Source: Antedon mediterranea (taxonomy: Eukaryota; Animalia; Echinodermata). From it: a stretch of 64,000 nt of DNA. The position numbers were made by a program, and so were the translations under genes. Positions 61,886 to 64,000 of the stretch are shown piece by piece (the first letter of the stretch is position 1; every line of letters begins with the position of its first letter). The notes beneath the pieces are model-generated. The model did no database searches. It had not been told where the DNA came from and saw only the letters and a program-made list of their open reading frames with translations. The DNA lies in the NCBI RefSeq assembly GCF_964355755.1, contig NC_092671.1:39690304-39754303 (forward strand), in the 5' to 3' direction.

Positions 61886-62381
61886 AACAAATTACATTCG
61901 TTCTTGTTCATGTCCCCGTGGTACACATTTACTCTTATTAACCTTTGTTTTTTTCACTTTGTATTAATAATAATTAAGACTTTTACAATGTCATATGAAA
62001 TTAGTATTAATTATTTATAAATAGTATGTAGAGAGTTATCAACACGAATTAAATTATAATAGACCAGATTATCGCTGCAAACAAATCGCTATTATTCGTT
62101 GTGATCATCCACCACGCGGAGGTTTAACTACATTAGTTCATTATCAACAATGTACGGACTTTGGTGTGTCAATAATTTCCTTAACAAGCTTCAACCATTA
62201 TGAACTCCATAACCGTTATCCAAGGTACGTTGCAACTAAATACGGGCTTATTAAGAAGACGTGGCCTATATGTCATCCCAAAGTGTAATATTGAAATGCA
62301 TGATGTTTCTATAATCGTTTGGATAGCGATGGACAACCACGGATTTAGATTATGCTATATTTAAATTGTACGTATGCAAGT

Positions 62382-62507
62382 AGCTCTGTCTACACTATCA
62401 AACTAGTTTGACAAAAAAAGTATTATGGGTATATGCCCAAATATGGTAATGATATGACATCATGTCCATGGGCACATCACATTTAGTTTGATAATGTAGA
62501 CAGAGCT
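62382..62507 (-). mobile_element. MITE family A
   Basis: Both TIRs present. Confidence 0.8.
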
Positions 62508-63530
62508 TAGTAAATATTATTAAATATTAAATAAATTAAATATTAAATAAATATTATTAAATATTATTATTCAATAGTTTGAATCTTTGTATTTACTATA
62601 AATTTGCATAATATATTCGCAATCAACGTATATGATATAGGTTACATGATTAGGTAAAACATATGATACATTACTGTTCGATAATGATTAATATTATTTA
62701 AACATGATAAAGATGTACAATGTTAATTAGACTACAATCTGTAGTTATTGTCTTATTTTTGTCTGAAAGTACACATAATGTGAGTATTATATTATACGTA
62801 TGAAACGCTATATGGGCCAAAATATGTATCTTTACTAATTACGGGAAGTACGGCGCTGCTTCGAAGCGTCTTTGTTATCATCAATGATGGACGTTACTTT
62901 GAGACTGAAAAGTGTTGTTAAAACACAACTTCAATTGCAGAAGTCACGCAGATGGCGAAAGTGTGTTCACTTGTCATTCTCCTTTCTACGTGAAACATTG
63001 TAAAGATTACTAGCCTACACAACCATTGATTCATCGAGATAGTACACGAACCGTCCCACTTAAATATGACTCACATTCAACCTTTTGTTTTAGATATTAA
63101 CTGTTATTAATTACCAACAATTCCACTAAAACCGACAGTAACATCCCACAGACTTTCTTTTTTGCATTGTCTTTTACTTTTTATTGACATTTTTTGTACC
63201 ACAATTCCTAGTATCCTGAAGCAGATTCACTGTACCCTAATGGGAAGAGATTCATAAATCACGTTGTTGCTATGGAAACCAGTGCGTAACCTCATTTGCA
63301 TATAGATACTGATCGTCTGCTGATTAAAATATTAGTTAGTGAATTTATTCATTTAATTAAGTTCACCATAGGAAAATATATTTATAAAGTTTGAATTTTG
63401 TAATGACTTTTCTATCGAAATTTTTAAAATCTAAAAACCATTTTTCTATTGTGGTACTAAAAGAGTGATGCTTAAAACAACGGTTGCAGCAGTGCAACAA
63501 GAAATCACAATCTAAGACGATTTGGGTTTC

Positions 63531-63800
63531 GACTGTAAGTTTGTGGGTGGGGAGGGGGAGTTGTAGTCGTGTCGTGTCTAAAAGCCTTACTCCTCATTCG
63601 TTTCAATAGAAAATGTCCTTAATAGAGGTGTCGCATAAATATTGGTGTCTCAAATGAAGGGTTCCACTGTAAGTTTGGGGGTGGGGGGGGGGGGGGGTTT
63701 GGGAGGTTAGTTGTGTCTCAAAGCATTACTCATTCGTTGCAATAGAAAATGTCCCCTTAATAGAGATGTCTAATAGTATTGTTGTTTCAAATGAGGGGTC
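63531..63800. repeat. ~135-bp tandem duplication with G-runs
   Basis: ACTGTAAGTTT..G-run..TCATTCGTT.CAATAGAAAATGTCC..AATAGAG..TCAAATGA occurs twice. Confidence 0.8.
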
Positions 63801-64000
63801 ATACAACGACTGCGCATGTCTTAAAAGGTATAGCCTCTGGCTAGTCTCAGTCATACGATATCATGTTTTTTTCTGCTGATAATTGCGATGTGACTAATGC
63901 CATGTTCATCATTAAACTTACGTTTTTGCTATAAGCTATTATTATTATTATTATAAATGTAAAACAATTTCTGAAATATGATGAGTCTATGCTGACGTCA

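Noticed and set aside
60599-62020. Ile/His-rich and QNTK-repeat ORFs
   Set aside because: Translations of minisatellites.

Overview
AT-rich, intron-rich animal genomic DNA (probably a marine invertebrate; this is inference). It holds two spliced genes on the minus strand. One is a complete 22-exon transportin-3 gene (TNPO3, 56305->35672, 927 aa). The other starts only ~1.2 kb downstream: the 5' ~1,900 codons of a VPS13A/C-type lipid-transfer protein gene (34490->458, continuing past the window start). All exons were read by hand with GT-AG sites and consistent phases. The long VPS13 intron at 15557-19662 contains two candidate symmetric cassette exons: a 138-nt exon encoding a second, phospho-FFAT-like motif, and a 30-nt microexon, both followed by (U)GCAUG motifs. 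Introns are dense with repeats: about 26 copies of one PIF/Harbinger-type MITE (several at splice donors), other MITEs, two Helentron-like non-autonomous elements, a Penelope-like RT fragment with no C-terminal endonuclease, SINE pieces, and several satellites. One is a 40-bp array with an exact 1,840-bp higher-order duplication; it produces the three spurious ~1,270-aa ORFs. No prokaryotic-type system (CRISPR etc.) is present.
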